Shown one piece after another: positions 26,706 through 37,150 of a DNA stretch of 61,077 bases. This DNA is from Bacteroidales bacterium (GTDB lineage Bacteria; Bacteroidota; Bacteroidia; Bacteroidales; UBA932), in assembly GCA_017557325.1 (NCBI GenBank), contig JAFZAI010000083.1, positions 1 to 61,077 on the forward strand, read 5' to 3'. The position numbers were made by a program, and so were the translations under genes. The notes below the pieces were generated by a model. The model was not told where the DNA came from, did no database searches, and was given only the letters and a program-made list of their open reading frames with translations. The stretch's first letter is position 1; each line of letters opens with the position of its first letter.

Positions 26706-29285
26706 TTAGAATTGCTGGCCGATCACGAAGTGGAACTGGCTCTTGCCGTTGATGGGATCGTCGAAGCCCCAGCCCCAGTCGATACCCAGCAGACCGATCA
26801 TCGGCAGGAACACGCGGACACCGACGCCGGCGGACCGCTTGATCTGGAACGGATTGAAGTCGCGGATGTCGTACCAGCAGTTACCGCCCTCGAGGAAGGC
26901 GAGGACATAAATCGTCGACTGCGGCTGCATAATGACGGGATAACGGAGCTCAATCGTGAACTTGTCGTAGACGTTGCCCTGGAGGATGGTGCCCCGCTTG
27001 GTCGAAATCTCCGGCGTCAGCTTGTAGTTGTCGTAACCACGCAGGGAGACGATCTCGGAGCCGTAGGAACTGTAGTAGCCGGTCATTCCGTCGCCGCCGA
27101 CGAGGAAGTATTCGAACGGGGAATAGCCCCAGTTGCGGTTATAATAACCGAGATAGCCGAACTGGGCGCGGCACATCAGGACCAGGTTGTCGACGAGTTT
27201 GGTATAGACGGTGGCACTGAATTTCCACTTGTGATACTCAATCCACTTGTAGTGCTGGGCATCGGTCCAGTTCTCGTACGTAATGTCGCGCCAGTTGCTC
27301 TTAGCCACGCGGTTGCCGGCAGCATCATACGTATGCTTCCGGAACAGCGAGTACGGCGGGGTGAGCTGCAGCGAGAAGCTGAACTCGGATCCTTGACGCG
27401 GGTAGATCTGCTGGTCGGTCGAGTTACGCGACAGGCTGAGGGTATAGCTCAAGTTATGCGAAATACCCGTATCGAAGATGAAGGATGAGGTATAGCCGCT
27501 GTTCCAGCTGGTGAGCTTGTAGGTCTGCCAGCTGAGACCGTTGTAGAGGACAAAGTAATTATCAGGCCACTTGAGGCGGTTGCCGATGCCGGCCGAGAAG
27601 CCGAACACCTCGAAGGCCTGGTCGGTGGACTGGATGAAGAAGGTGGAATTCGTGAGTCGCGTATAGTACGCCGACAAACTCAACGAAGTCGGCTTCTTGC
27701 CGAAGAGCCACGGCTCCATAAAACTGGCCGTGAGGGCCGTGTAATAGCGGCCGTTGGTCTGGAAACGGAACGAGAGGTTCTGGGCGTCGCCGAGCGGAAC
27801 GGGCCGCCAGGCCGTCTTGTCGAAGAAGCGTCGCGTGGAGAAGTTGTTGAAACTTACGCCGGCCGTTGCGACGAAGGTGTAGCCGCCCCATCCTCCGGAG
27901 AGCTCCAACTGTGAAGATGGCTTCTCCGTTACATTATAAATAATGTCAACCGTATTGTTGAGCGAATTCGGGATGATGGAATATCCCCGGTTGGGATCCA
28001 TAATGGCCTCCGGGTCGAACTGGCCGAGGGAGGCGATTTCCCGGACGGAACGCTCGAAATCGGACTGGCTGAAGAGATAGCCCGGGCGCGTGAACACCTG
28101 CCGGCGGACGACGCGCTCGTTGGTGAGGTCGTTGCCGTTGATGATGATGTTGTTGAGCGTAGCGGGCTTGCCCTCGACGATGCGCATTTCCACGTCGACG
28201 GAGTCGTTCTGGATGTTGAGCTCGACGGGGGTAAGGTTGAAGAAGAGGTAGCCGTTGTCGCGATAGAGTTTGGAGATGTCGTAGTCGGTCTGCTTGCCGC
28301 CGCCGAAGAGGCGCTTGTTCATCGTCACGACGTCGTACACATCGCCTTTCTTGACCTGCAGAATCTCGTTGAGCGTCTCGCTGGAATAGACGGAGTTGCC
28401 CGTCCAGGTGATGTTGCGGAAGTAGTACTTGGTGCCGGGCTCGAAGGTCATATCGATGTTGACGTGGCCGGGGTCGACGTAATAGACGGAATCCCGCACG
28501 AGCCGTGCATCGCGGTAACCGGCCTCGTTGAAGGCCTCGATGGCGGTCTTGCGGTCGTTCTTGTACTCCTTCTCGATGAATTTATGGCTCTTGAAGATGT
28601 TGTAGAGCTTGGCGTCTTTGGTCTTCTTCATCGCCTTGGCGATCTTGAAGGGCTTGACGCTTTCGTTGCCGTAGAAATTGATGCTTTGGACACGGACCTT
28701 TTCGCCGCGGTCAACGTGGAAATTGACCCGGATGGCGTTGCGGATGACGGAGTCGCGCTTGGTCTGGACATCCACATTCACCAGTTGGAAACCCTTCTCC
28801 TGATAATAACGCTTGATGATGTCGACGGAGGCGGAGGAGACGTATTCGGAGAATTCCCGGCCGGGACGGAGGTTCAGGCGCTCCTGCAGGTCTTTCTTCT
28901 CCCCTCCCTTGATCCCGGAGAACGTCCATTTGGACACCCTCGGGCGCTCCAGCAGGGAAATCTTGAGCCATACGCTGTCACGGCCTGCGCTGAGCGAATC
29001 GGCTGAAATAGAGACGTCCTCGAAGTAGCGCTGCTGCCAAAGGCGTTTCACCACCGTGGTGACATCCTCGCCGGGGATGGTGATCTGCTTCCCCTTGCGA
29101 AGACCCGTCAGCGAAAGAATCTGCTGCTCGCTGAAATAGGTGTTGCCCTCGACCTTCACGCCTCCCAGATAATACGACTTGGGGGCGGTATAGTCCACTT
29201 CTACACCGCCGCCGCTTTGCGCCCGCATCGTAAACGATGCAAGGAGCAGTGCACACAGCGTGAAGAATATCCGTCTATATTTCAT
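26706..29285 (-). CDS. bamA: Outer-membrane protein assembly factor BamA
   Basis: POTRA repeats, LRGY motif, C-terminal FHFVIGQQF. Confidence 0.96.
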   Translation of the reverse strand: MKYRRIFFTLCALLLASFTMRAQSGGGVEVDYTAPKSYYLGGVKVEGNTYFSEQQILSLTGLRKGKQITIPGEDVTTVVKRLWQQRYFEDVSISADSLSAGRDSVWLKISLLERPRVSKWTFSGIKGGEKKDLQERLNLRPGREFSEYVSSASVDIIKRYYQEKGFQLVNVDVQTKRDSVIRNAIRVNFHVDRGEKVRVQSINFYGNESVKPFKIAKAMKKTKDAKLYNIFKSHKFIEKEYKNDRKTAIEAFNEAGYRDARLVRDSVYYVDPGHVNIDMTFEPGTKYYFRNITWTGNSVYSSETLNEILQVKKGDVYDVVTMNKRLFGGGKQTDYDISKLYRDNGYLFFNLTPVELNIQNDSVDVEMRIVEGKPATLNNIIINGNDLTNERVVRRQVFTRPGYLFSQSDFERSVREIASLGQFDPEAIMDPNRGYSIIPNSLNNTVDIIYNVTEKPSSQLELSGGWGGYTFVATAGVSFNNFSTRRFFDKTAWRPVPLGDAQNLSFRFQTNGRYYTALTASFMEPWLFGKKPTSLSLSAYYTRLTNSTFFIQSTDQAFEVFGFSAGIGNRLKWPDNYFVLYNGLSWQTYKLTSWNSGYTSSFIFDTGISHNLSYTLSLSRNSTDQQIYPRQGSEFSFSLQLTPPYSLFRKHTYDAAGNRVAKSNWRDITYENWTDAQHYKWIEYHKWKFSATVYTKLVDNLVLMCRAQFGYLGYYNRNWGYSPFEYFLVGGDGMTGYYSSYGSEIVSLRGYDNYKLTPEISTKRGTILQGNVYDKFTIELRYPVIMQPQSTIYVLAFLEGGNCWYDIRDFNPFQIKRSAGVGVRVFLPMIGLLGIDWGWGFDDPINGKSQFHFVIGQQF

Positions 29286-29356
29286 TCTTTCCAATTCAAA
29301 CAAGTCCGCAAATATAACCAAAAAACTTGTATCTTACAAGTCAAACCGCCTCCCTT

Positions 29357-30067
29357 TTATACCTTACCGAAGCGGCGACTGCGATGGGCATACGCTGCGA
29401 GGGCGGCGCGGAACTCGGGTTTGCGGAAATCCGGCCAGAGGACATCCGTGTAATAGAATTCGGTATAGGCGGCCTGCCAGAGGAGGAAATTGCTGATGCG
29501 CTGCTCGCCGGAGGTGCGGATCAAGAGGTCGGGATCGGGAACGCCGGCCGTGATGAGGTACTGCGAGAAGGTGTCCTGATCCACATTTTCCGCCTTGACT
29601 TTGCCAGCCGCCACATCCTCCGCCAGGCGGCGGGAGGCCTGGAGAATGTCCCACTTGCCGCTGTAACTGAGGAAGACGATCAGAGTCATCCGCTCGCAGA
29701 TGGAAGTTTTTTCCATCAGGCCCGCGATTGCGCTCTGGAGTCCTTCACTCAGGCGCCCGAGGTTTCCGAGAACCACAAAGCGGACACCGTTCTTCATCAG
29801 GGTATCCACTTCTTTCTCGATAGAGCGCATCATCAGGCCCATCAGGGTCTCGACTTCGGCGGCGGGGCGATTCCAGTTCTCCTCCGAGAAGGCGAAAAGC
29901 GAAAGGTATTTGACTCCCGCCTCAACGGCGGCTTCCGTGCAGGCGCGGACACTCTCCACGCCTTCAAAATGTCCGTAAATGCGGTCTTTCCCGCGAGCCT
30001 TGGCCCAGCGGCCGTTGCCGTCCATAATGAACGAGACGTGGACGGGCGTGTTATTCTGCTCTGTCAT
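29357..30067 (-). CDS. uppS: Undecaprenyl diphosphate synthase
   Basis: IMDGNGRWA, FSEENWNRP and RTSGEQRISNFLLWQ motifs. Confidence 0.97.
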   Translation of the reverse strand: MTEQNNTPVHVSFIMDGNGRWAKARGKDRIYGHFEGVESVRACTEAAVEAGVKYLSLFAFSEENWNRPAAEVETLMGLMMRSIEKEVDTLMKNGVRFVVLGNLGRLSEGLQSAIAGLMEKTSICERMTLIVFLSYSGKWDILQASRRLAEDVAAGKVKAENVDQDTFSQYLITAGVPDPDLLIRTSGEQRISNFLLWQAAYTEFYYTDVLWPDFRKPEFRAALAAYAHRSRRFGKV

Positions 30068-30069
30068 AA

Positions 30070-30861
30070 TCAGTCGTTGTTTCGTACATCTTCTCCCCAG
30101 AAGAGCTTGCTGGTGAGGGCCTGGATGAAGGTATGGCCGTCCAGGCAGACCCGGCGGAGCCGGAAGGGTGCCTTCGTCACCTTGAGGACAATCCCGGCGT
30201 CGACGTCGGTGATCCGGTTGTCGAGCGAGAAGGTCACTTTCGGGTCACGTGAGCGGACTGAGATTTCGATCTCCGACGTATCCGGAACGACGAGCGGCCG
30301 GACATTGAGGTTATGGGGGGCAATCGGCGTAATGAGGAGCACCTGGGCGCCCGGCATACAGATTGGCCCGCCGGCGCTCAGGGAATAGGCCGTGGAGCCG
30401 GCGCTTGTCGCAACCAGCAGGCCGTCGGCCCAATAGACCGGCAACGGCCGGCCATCGATCTTCACTTCCACTCCGAGCATCGCGCCGCCGTGGCGGTGCA
30501 CGGCCACTTCATTAAGCGCATATTGGCCATTCACCTCCAGCAAAGTACGCTCTTTGATCCGGTAAGTCCCTTCCACGAGCGCCTTTACCATATCCTCCGG
30601 CGTATTCTCCGACAGGAATCCCAACCGTCCGAAATTCACCCCGGCAACAGGCACGCCACTCGCTCCGACCAGCCGTGCCGCCGACAGGAACGTCCCGTCT
30701 CCTCCAAGGCTCAGCACCATATCCGTCCCCTCCCGGAGCGTCTCCCCCGCAGGGATGTCATAATATGTAAAACCAGCCTCCGCCAGCCGCGCCTTCAGCG
30801 CCGCCGTCCGCTCATCCGCCTTCAAGGCTCTATTCTTTATATATATAACGAGATTCATCAT
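30070..30861 (-). CDS. nadK: NAD kinase
   Basis: GGDGT, GRLGFL, NE and DGLLVATSAGSTAYSLSAGGP motifs. Confidence 0.95.
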   Translation of the reverse strand: MMNLVIYIKNRALKADERTAALKARLAEAGFTYYDIPAGETLREGTDMVLSLGGDGTFLSAARLVGASGVPVAGVNFGRLGFLSENTPEDMVKALVEGTYRIKERTLLEVNGQYALNEVAVHRHGGAMLGVEVKIDGRPLPVYWADGLLVATSAGSTAYSLSAGGPICMPGAQVLLITPIAPHNLNVRPLVVPDTSEIEISVRSRDPKVTFSLDNRITDVDAGIVLKVTKAPFRLRRVCLDGHTFIQALTSKLFWGEDVRNND

Positions 30862-30936
30862 TTTGTCGTTAAAACTTTCAAATTTAACTAAAATCCTTGA
30901 ATTTTGGTTATTTTTGTAGGAATTATCATTTTAGCG

Positions 30937-31656
30937 ATGACCAGACTGAGTGTAAATATCAATAAGATCGCGACCATACGCAATGCCCGGGGCGGGAATG
31001 TGCCGGACGTCAGGAAGGCGGCGCTCGAGATCGAGCGGTTCGGGGCGGAAGGAATTACCGTGCATCCCCGGCCCGACGAGCGGCATATCCGGTATGCCGA
31101 CGTGAGGGAGATCCGGCCGCTCGTCACGACCGAATTCAATATCGAGGGCAATCCCATTGCCTCTTTCCGTGAACTCGTGCTGGAAGTGCGACCCGATCAG
31201 GTGACACTGGTGCCGGACGCCCACGATGCCATTACCTCCAATGCCGGATGGGATACGCTGACGCACAAAGAATTCCTGACGGAAATGTGCCGCCTTTTCA
31301 AGAGCCACGGCATCCGAACCTCGATCTTCATCGATCCGGATCCGCGGATGGCCGAAGGGGCCGCCGCCTGCGGGGCCGACCGGGTCGAGCTCTACACAGC
31401 AGCCTACGCAGAGGAATTTGCAGCCGGGAAGGAGAAGGCCATCGCGCCGTATCTGGAGACGGCAAAGGCCGCCAGGGCCGCCGGGCTCGGGCTCAATGCG
31501 GGGCACGACCTGAGTCTGGAGAACCTCAACTACTTCATCCGGACCATTCCCTGGACGGACGAAGTCTCCATCGGCCACGCCCTCATCAGCGACGCCCTTT
31601 ATCTCGGACTGGAGAAAACCGTAGCCGCGTACCTTGCGGAAATCCGGAATATTTAA
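30937..31656 (+). CDS. pdxJ: Pyridoxine 5'-phosphate synthase
   Basis: LSVNINKIATIRNARG, HPRPDERHI, NAGHDL and EVSIGHA motifs. Confidence 0.97.
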   Translation: MTRLSVNINKIATIRNARGGNVPDVRKAALEIERFGAEGITVHPRPDERHIRYADVREIRPLVTTEFNIEGNPIASFRELVLEVRPDQVTLVPDAHDAITSNAGWDTLTHKEFLTEMCRLFKSHGIRTSIFIDPDPRMAEGAAACGADRVELYTAAYAEEFAAGKEKAIAPYLETAKAARAAGLGLNAGHDLSLENLNYFIRTIPWTDEVSIGHALISDALYLGLEKTVAAYLAEIRNI

Positions 31657-31708
31657 CTATATTTGTAGTTTGTATATTATACGCAATTAAAAATAAGTTC
31701 AAATCAAT

Positions 31709-32371
31709 ATGAAAAAGAGTATCATTATTCTCAGCGTGGCCGCCCTTGCAGCGGCATTCTCCCTGGTATCCTGCAATCAGAACGGCTCCGGTGACACCGG
31801 CAACGGCACCCAGACCGACAGCACGGCCGTCGCAAAGGTCCAGTACAACAACCAGATCGTCTTCTACAACATCGACCGCCTGTCGGATGAATACGATATG
31901 GCCAACGACCTCACTTCCGCCCTGGAAGCCAAGGTCAAGGGGATCCAGAACGAGATTACCCGCCGGGAGAACAACCTCAAGGCCGAGATGAACAGCTTCC
32001 AGCAGAAGTATGAGAAAGGCCTCCTGACCCGCACCGTCGCCGAGGAGCAGGGTGCCAAACTGCAGAAGAAACAGACCGACTACCAGAACTTTGCGATGCG
32101 CAAGCAGGAAGAAATCGCCGAGGAGCAGGCCGTGACGATGCGCCAGATCTTCGACGCCATCAACACCTACATCCAGAAATTCAACGATGAGCACCACTAT
32201 TCGATGATCATCGCCACCTCGAGCGCCGCACAGGGCGGTCTTCTGTCCGTTCCCATCACGGTCGCCGATCCGGGCCTGGACATCACGGATGCCCTCCTGA
32301 AGGGCCTCAACGAGGAATACGTCAAATCTAAGGACAAACCCGCTCCCGCCGACAGCACCAAGACGAAATAA
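31709..32371 (+). CDS. OmpH/Skp-family lipoprotein
   Basis: Lipobox LVSC, coiled coil, LDITDALLKGLNEEY. Confidence 0.8.
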   Translation: MKKSIIILSVAALAAAFSLVSCNQNGSGDTGNGTQTDSTAVAKVQYNNQIVFYNIDRLSDEYDMANDLTSALEAKVKGIQNEITRRENNLKAEMNSFQQKYEKGLLTRTVAEEQGAKLQKKQTDYQNFAMRKQEEIAEEQAVTMRQIFDAINTYIQKFNDEHHYSMIIATSSAAQGGLLSVPITVADPGLDITDALLKGLNEEYVKSKDKPAPADSTKTK

Positions 32372-32374
32372 TTG

Positions 32375-33496
32375 ATGAAGGTCGCGATCCTGTCTTGTTT
32401 CTACCCCTTCCGGGGCGGCATCTCCCAGTTCAATGCAGGCATCCTGCAGGGGCTGGAAGCGGCCGGTCATACCGTGAAGGCCTTCAATTTCACAAGACAG
32501 TATCCGTCCTTCCTCTTCCCGGGCAAGACGCAGTATGTCACAGCGGATGACGAAGCAATCCGCGTGGAGAGCGAGGCCGTTCTCGACACCGCCAATCCCT
32601 TCTCCTGGGGCCGGACGGCCCGGGCCATCCGCGCCTGGCAGCCCGACCTTCTCGTGATGCGGTACTGGATGTCGTGGTTCGCCCCGTCGCTTGGATATAT
32701 CGCCCGCAGGGCCGGATGCCCGACGCTCGCCATCACCGACAACGTCATTCCGCACGAGCCGCGTCCTTTCGACAAACCCCTCACGAAGTATTTCCTCAAG
32801 GGATGCGACCGATTTATCACGCTGTCGGACGCGGTAAAAAGCGACCTCCTGGCCCTTCGGCCGGACGCGGACGTCACCGTCCTCCCCCACCCGCTCTACA
32901 GCCATTTCGGGGAGAAACTTCCCCGCGAAGAGGCGGAGAAGGCCCTGGGGCTCGCACCCGGCAAAAAGAACATCCTGTTCTTCGGCCTCATCCGGGAATA
33001 CAAGGGGCTCGACATCCTGCTGGAAGCCTACCGGGACCTGCCGGAAGACTACCAACTGATCGTCGCCGGCGAGCCTTACGGCTCCTTCGAGCGGTATCAG
33101 CGCATCCTTGACACCCTGCCCGGCAAAGACCGCGTGCACCTTTTCCTCCACTACGTGAAGGATTCCGAGGTCAAGCGGTATTTCAGCGCGGCCGACGTCA
33201 CGGTCCTTCCCTACCGGAGCGCCACGCAGAGCGGCATCAGTTCGGTCTCGTACCATTTCGAGGTACCGATGATCGTGACCGACGTCGGAGGGCTCCGGGA
33301 CACCATCGGAGACCGGGGGACGGGGATGCTTGTCGACGCACCGGAAAGCGGTGCGGTGCGGGACGGGATCCTGCGCTATTTTGCCGACCCCTCCATCGGG
33401 GAATCCTGCATCGAGGCGATCCGCCGTGAAAAGCAGCGGCTCTCCTGGCAGGAATTTTGCCATCAAATGACCGCCTTCCGAGGCACAAAATCATAG
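32375..33496 (+). CDS. Glycosyltransferase, GT4 family
   Basis: PFRGGI, FFGLIREYKG and LPYRSATQSG motifs. Confidence 0.9.
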   Translation: MKVAILSCFYPFRGGISQFNAGILQGLEAAGHTVKAFNFTRQYPSFLFPGKTQYVTADDEAIRVESEAVLDTANPFSWGRTARAIRAWQPDLLVMRYWMSWFAPSLGYIARRAGCPTLAITDNVIPHEPRPFDKPLTKYFLKGCDRFITLSDAVKSDLLALRPDADVTVLPHPLYSHFGEKLPREEAEKALGLAPGKKNILFFGLIREYKGLDILLEAYRDLPEDYQLIVAGEPYGSFERYQRILDTLPGKDRVHLFLHYVKDSEVKRYFSAADVTVLPYRSATQSGISSVSYHFEVPMIVTDVGGLRDTIGDRGTGMLVDAPESGAVRDGILRYFADPSIGESCIEAIRREKQRLSWQEFCHQMTAFRGTKS

Positions 33497-33502
33497 ATAT
33501 TT

Positions 33503-35137
33503 ATGAGACGAACGCTAACGATGATCCTTATCGGGCTCTGCCTCCTCGCGGGGACAGCGGTGACCGCCCGTGCACAGGCCTACGATCCCGTGCCCGTCAC
33601 CATATCCAAGGACAAGGTCAAGATCGGAGGGAAGATTTACTATTCGCACATTGTCCTGGAGCGGCAGACGCTGTACTCGATCAGCCGCGCCTACGGGGTC
33701 TCCATCCGGGAAATCACGGAGATGAACCCCGCCATCAAGGAAGACGGTTCCGGCCTGACGAAGAATTCGATCATCCTGATTCCCGTCAAGGAGAATGAAG
33801 CCGCCGTTGAAGGCCGCCCGGAGGAGACGGCCGTCGCCACGGGCGAATATCGCACCCATACGGTCAAGTGGTATGAGAACCTCGACGACATTGCCGCCCA
33901 GTACGGCGTGACGGTCAAGGAGATTATGGAGGCCAACAGCCTCACATCCAAAGCCATCAAGAGCCGTCAGGAATTGAAAATTCCCGTCAAGACGGTCGCG
34001 GAAATCACCGAGCCGACCGATGTCACCACCGTCGCCATCAACGCCGTCGACACGGTCTTCACTGTCCCGGTGGACAGCACGCTGCTCTCCGCCCCGGCCG
34101 ATACCGTCGATCTCGGCCCCGCCTACGTCGGCACCGACCGCGTGACGGTCAACCTGCTCCTCGCCCTCAACGCCAGCAAAGGATTCAGCAACATCAATAT
34201 GGACTTCTACAGCGGCGTGCTGATGGCGCTCAAGCAGCTCGAATCGGAGGGCATCGGCACCACGCTCAACGTCTTTGACGTCGCGGACGGCGCCGTTCCC
34301 GGCCTCGATACCCTCGCCGCGACCAACCTTGTCATCGGTCCTTCCGCCCCCGCCGACATCAAGAATGTGCTGAAGGTAGCAGGAGAGAACATCACCCTCA
34401 TTTCCCCGCTCGACCCCAAATCCGCTTCCCTCTCCGAGGAATATTCCAACGTATTCCACGCCGCGGGCAACAATGACTACCAGTTCGACGATATCGCAGA
34501 CTGGATTGCCGGCAATACCGGCGCCAAGGTCGCCGTCCTCGTGAACCGGTCCGCCCCGGGCTCCATTCCCGAAAAGATCAAGGGCGCGCTCGACGGAAAG
34601 GGCGTCCGTTATACCGTCGTCTCCGACGGGAGCACCCTCTATTCCACCCTCCGCAAAGGACGGTACAGCGACATCATTATCGCATCCGAGAACGAACTCT
34701 ACGTCACCAATGTGCTCACATCGCTGGAGACGCTGTCGAAGGAATTAACCTTCAACACGTATGCGCCCAACAAGATCCGCTCGCTGAAGGAACTCGACAC
34801 CGATCTCTTCTATCCTGTCAGGATGCACCTCTCGACGGCCTATTTCGTGGATGAGAACGATGCCGCCTACAACAGTTTCTACAACCGGTACTGGGACGTG
34901 TTCCAGTTCGAGCCCAACCAGTTTGCCCTGCAGGGATACGACGTCGCCTACTACTTCGTCAAACTGTATTCGGTCTACAGCGACAAGTGGAAGGAGTATG
35001 CCGGGGAGCTGGACCTGAGTCTGATGCATTCCGACATCCGGATGCGGCCCAATGACAACAAAGCCCTTGTCAACAAGGGCATCAGAAGGGTGGTATTCAA
35101 CAAGGATATGACCGTTACGCTTGAGAAGCCTGAATAA
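33503..35137 (+). CDS. Double-LysM protein with periplasmic-binding-protein-like (LpoA-like) C-terminal domain
   Basis: Two LysM repeats (QTLYSISRAYG, ENLDDIAAQYG); DFYSG, IGP and QGYD motifs. Confidence 0.82.
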   Translation: MRRTLTMILIGLCLLAGTAVTARAQAYDPVPVTISKDKVKIGGKIYYSHIVLERQTLYSISRAYGVSIREITEMNPAIKEDGSGLTKNSIILIPVKENEAAVEGRPEETAVATGEYRTHTVKWYENLDDIAAQYGVTVKEIMEANSLTSKAIKSRQELKIPVKTVAEITEPTDVTTVAINAVDTVFTVPVDSTLLSAPADTVDLGPAYVGTDRVTVNLLLALNASKGFSNINMDFYSGVLMALKQLESEGIGTTLNVFDVADGAVPGLDTLAATNLVIGPSAPADIKNVLKVAGENITLISPLDPKSASLSEEYSNVFHAAGNNDYQFDDIADWIAGNTGAKVAVLVNRSAPGSIPEKIKGALDGKGVRYTVVSDGSTLYSTLRKGRYSDIIIASENELYVTNVLTSLETLSKELTFNTYAPNKIRSLKELDTDLFYPVRMHLSTAYFVDENDAAYNSFYNRYWDVFQFEPNQFALQGYDVAYYFVKLYSVYSDKWKEYAGELDLSLMHSDIRMRPNDNKALVNKGIRRVVFNKDMTVTLEKPE

Positions 35138-36788
35138 GGGCGGCGGCGTTGCGGATGGCGGCTTCCGTCAAAGAGGAGCCGCTAAGCATGCGCGCAAGCT
35201 CCAGCAAACGGTCTTCGCCTGAAATTTCCGAGATTCCCGTGACAGACTCCCCTGTCGCGGGATCTTCGTTTTTGGTCACGAGATAATGAGCATCCCCTTT
35301 AGCGGCCACCTGGGGAAGATGCGTGATGGCAAGCACCTGCATATCGCGGCCCATCGCACAGATGACGGAGCCCATCTTGTCAGCGGCGCTGCCGGAGACG
35401 CCGGTGTCAATCTCGTCGAAGATCATCGTCGGCATCTCGGTATAACGGGCCATCATCGCCTTGAGGGCCAGCATAATGCGGGACATTTCTCCACCGGAGG
35501 CCGCCTTGCCGACCTCGATTTCCCGGGTGCCGTCTGCCGAGAACAGGAAACGTACGGCATCCTTGCCCGTCGCGCCAGGGGCCGTTTCAGAAACCTCCGC
35601 CCGGAAGGTGGCCTTCTCGAGTTCCATAAAACGGAGCTCTCCGGCAATGGCTTCGGAGAAAGCGACGCAACGGTCGCGGCGGAGTTTGGCCAGGCGCTCG
35701 CCGACGGTGTTGTATTCCGCTTCCGTCCGGCGGATTTCAGCCTTGAGCTGCTCCGACTGCTCCTCAAGAGACTCCGCTCCGCCGAATTCGGCCTGGAGCC
35801 GGTCGCGGACGGCGATTAATTCCTCCAAAGTAGTCACGCGGTGGAGTTTCATCAGGGTATAAAGCGCGGAAAGCCGCTCCTCCACCTGCTGCAGACGGTC
35901 TCCGGAGACTTCGATGCCTCCGGCGATGTCTTCCAGGGCCGAAAGGATGTCATCGAGTTCCGTCCGGGAGGCGTCCATCCGCTCTTCCAGTGACTCTGCT
36001 TCCGGAATATATTTCCCGGCACGGTTGATGGCCCGGGAAGCGTCCTTTAGCTGCGACAGAACACCTCCGCCCTCCTCGGGAGAAAGGGCATTTATCGCCG
36101 TATAGAGGTTCTCCTTGATCTCCTCCGCGTTGGAAAGGCGCTTCTGCTCGGCCTCCAGCTCTTCCAGTTCACCCTCGACGAGCCGGGCGGCGTTGAGACG
36201 CTCCAGCCGGGCTGCGTTGAACTCCAGCTCCTCTTGCTGACGAGACATCCGCTCCTGAAGGGCCGCGTAATCCTTCCTGAGCGCACTAAGGCGCTTCCAA
36301 AGGGCCCGGCAGGCCTCCGTATCGGCAGAGCAACCGGCATAACGATCCAGCACCTCCAGCTGGTAGGCAGCATCCGTCAGGATGCGTGTCTGCTGCTGGG
36401 AATGGATATCCACGAGATCGGCAGCAATTTCACTCAGCACACCGACCGGGACGGGAAGATCTCCGATGAAACTCCGGGAGCGCCCCGCCGCGGAGACCGT
36501 CCGGCGGATGGTGATCTGCCCGTCGTTCCACTCAAGGTCATTCTCCTCGAAAAACGCCTTGAAGGGGCTGTCCGACCGCAGTTCGAAATCAGCTTCGACG
36601 ACACAGCCGTCGCCGTGGGAGCCGATCATTTCGGGGCCGGCCTTGCCGCCGAGGACAAGGTTCAAAGCCCCGAGCAGGATGGATTTCCCCGCGCCGGTGC
36701 GGCCGGTAATAATGATGAGACCCCCCGGAAAAGAGATATCCAGGGAGTCGATCAGTACGTAATTCCGGATGTGCAGGCGCGAGAGCAT
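35115..36788 (-). CDS. recN: DNA repair protein RecN
   Basis: TGRTGAGKS, ASGGEMSR, IFDEIDTG and THLPQVAA motifs. Confidence 0.96.
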   Translation of the reverse strand: MLSRLHIRNYVLIDSLDISFPGGLIIITGRTGAGKSILLGALNLVLGGKAGPEMIGSHGDGCVVEADFELRSDSPFKAFFEENDLEWNDGQITIRRTVSAAGRSRSFIGDLPVPVGVLSEIAADLVDIHSQQQTRILTDAAYQLEVLDRYAGCSADTEACRALWKRLSALRKDYAALQERMSRQQEELEFNAARLERLNAARLVEGELEELEAEQKRLSNAEEIKENLYTAINALSPEEGGGVLSQLKDASRAINRAGKYIPEAESLEERMDASRTELDDILSALEDIAGGIEVSGDRLQQVEERLSALYTLMKLHRVTTLEELIAVRDRLQAEFGGAESLEEQSEQLKAEIRRTEAEYNTVGERLAKLRRDRCVAFSEAIAGELRFMELEKATFRAEVSETAPGATGKDAVRFLFSADGTREIEVGKAASGGEMSRIMLALKAMMARYTEMPTMIFDEIDTGVSGSAADKMGSVICAMGRDMQVLAITHLPQVAAKGDAHYLVTKNEDPATGESVTGISEISGEDRLLELARMLSGSSLTEAAIRNAAALIQASQA

Positions 36789-36797
36789 CCCGAGGAA

Positions 36798-37121
36798 TTA
36801 TTTCTCCTCGCTGCCGGCGTTGCGGTAATAGAGCTCTCCGTTCTCGAACTCGGAAATGGCGACGAGGTCGGGCTTGGGCTGACGCTCGTAGTATTTGGAG
36901 ATTTCGATCTGCTCTTTGTTCTCGAACACTTCTTCCATCGTGTCGCGGTCGCCCCGGAAGTCTTCCAGCTTGCGCTGCAACTCTTTCTTCTCGGCAAGGG
37001 CGATCTGGTTGGCCCTCTTGTAGAGGATGACGACGGATTCGTAAATGTTTCCGGTAGGTTCCGCGAGGTTCTTGATGTCCCGCGTGATGGTGTTCACAGG
37101 AATTTTCTTTTTCGTTTCCAT
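36798..37121 (-). CDS. rpoZ: RNA polymerase omega subunit (Bacteroidetes type)
   Basis: TGNIYESV...KRANQI...EQIEISKYYE...PKP; bamD-rpoZ synteny. Confidence 0.88.
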   Translation of the reverse strand: METKKKIPVNTITRDIKNLAEPTGNIYESVVILYKRANQIALAEKKELQRKLEDFRGDRDTMEEVFENKEQIEISKYYERQPKPDLVAISEFENGELYYRNAGSEEK

Positions 37122-37150
37122 ATCTTATCTTTCGTATTGTCTATTATGTA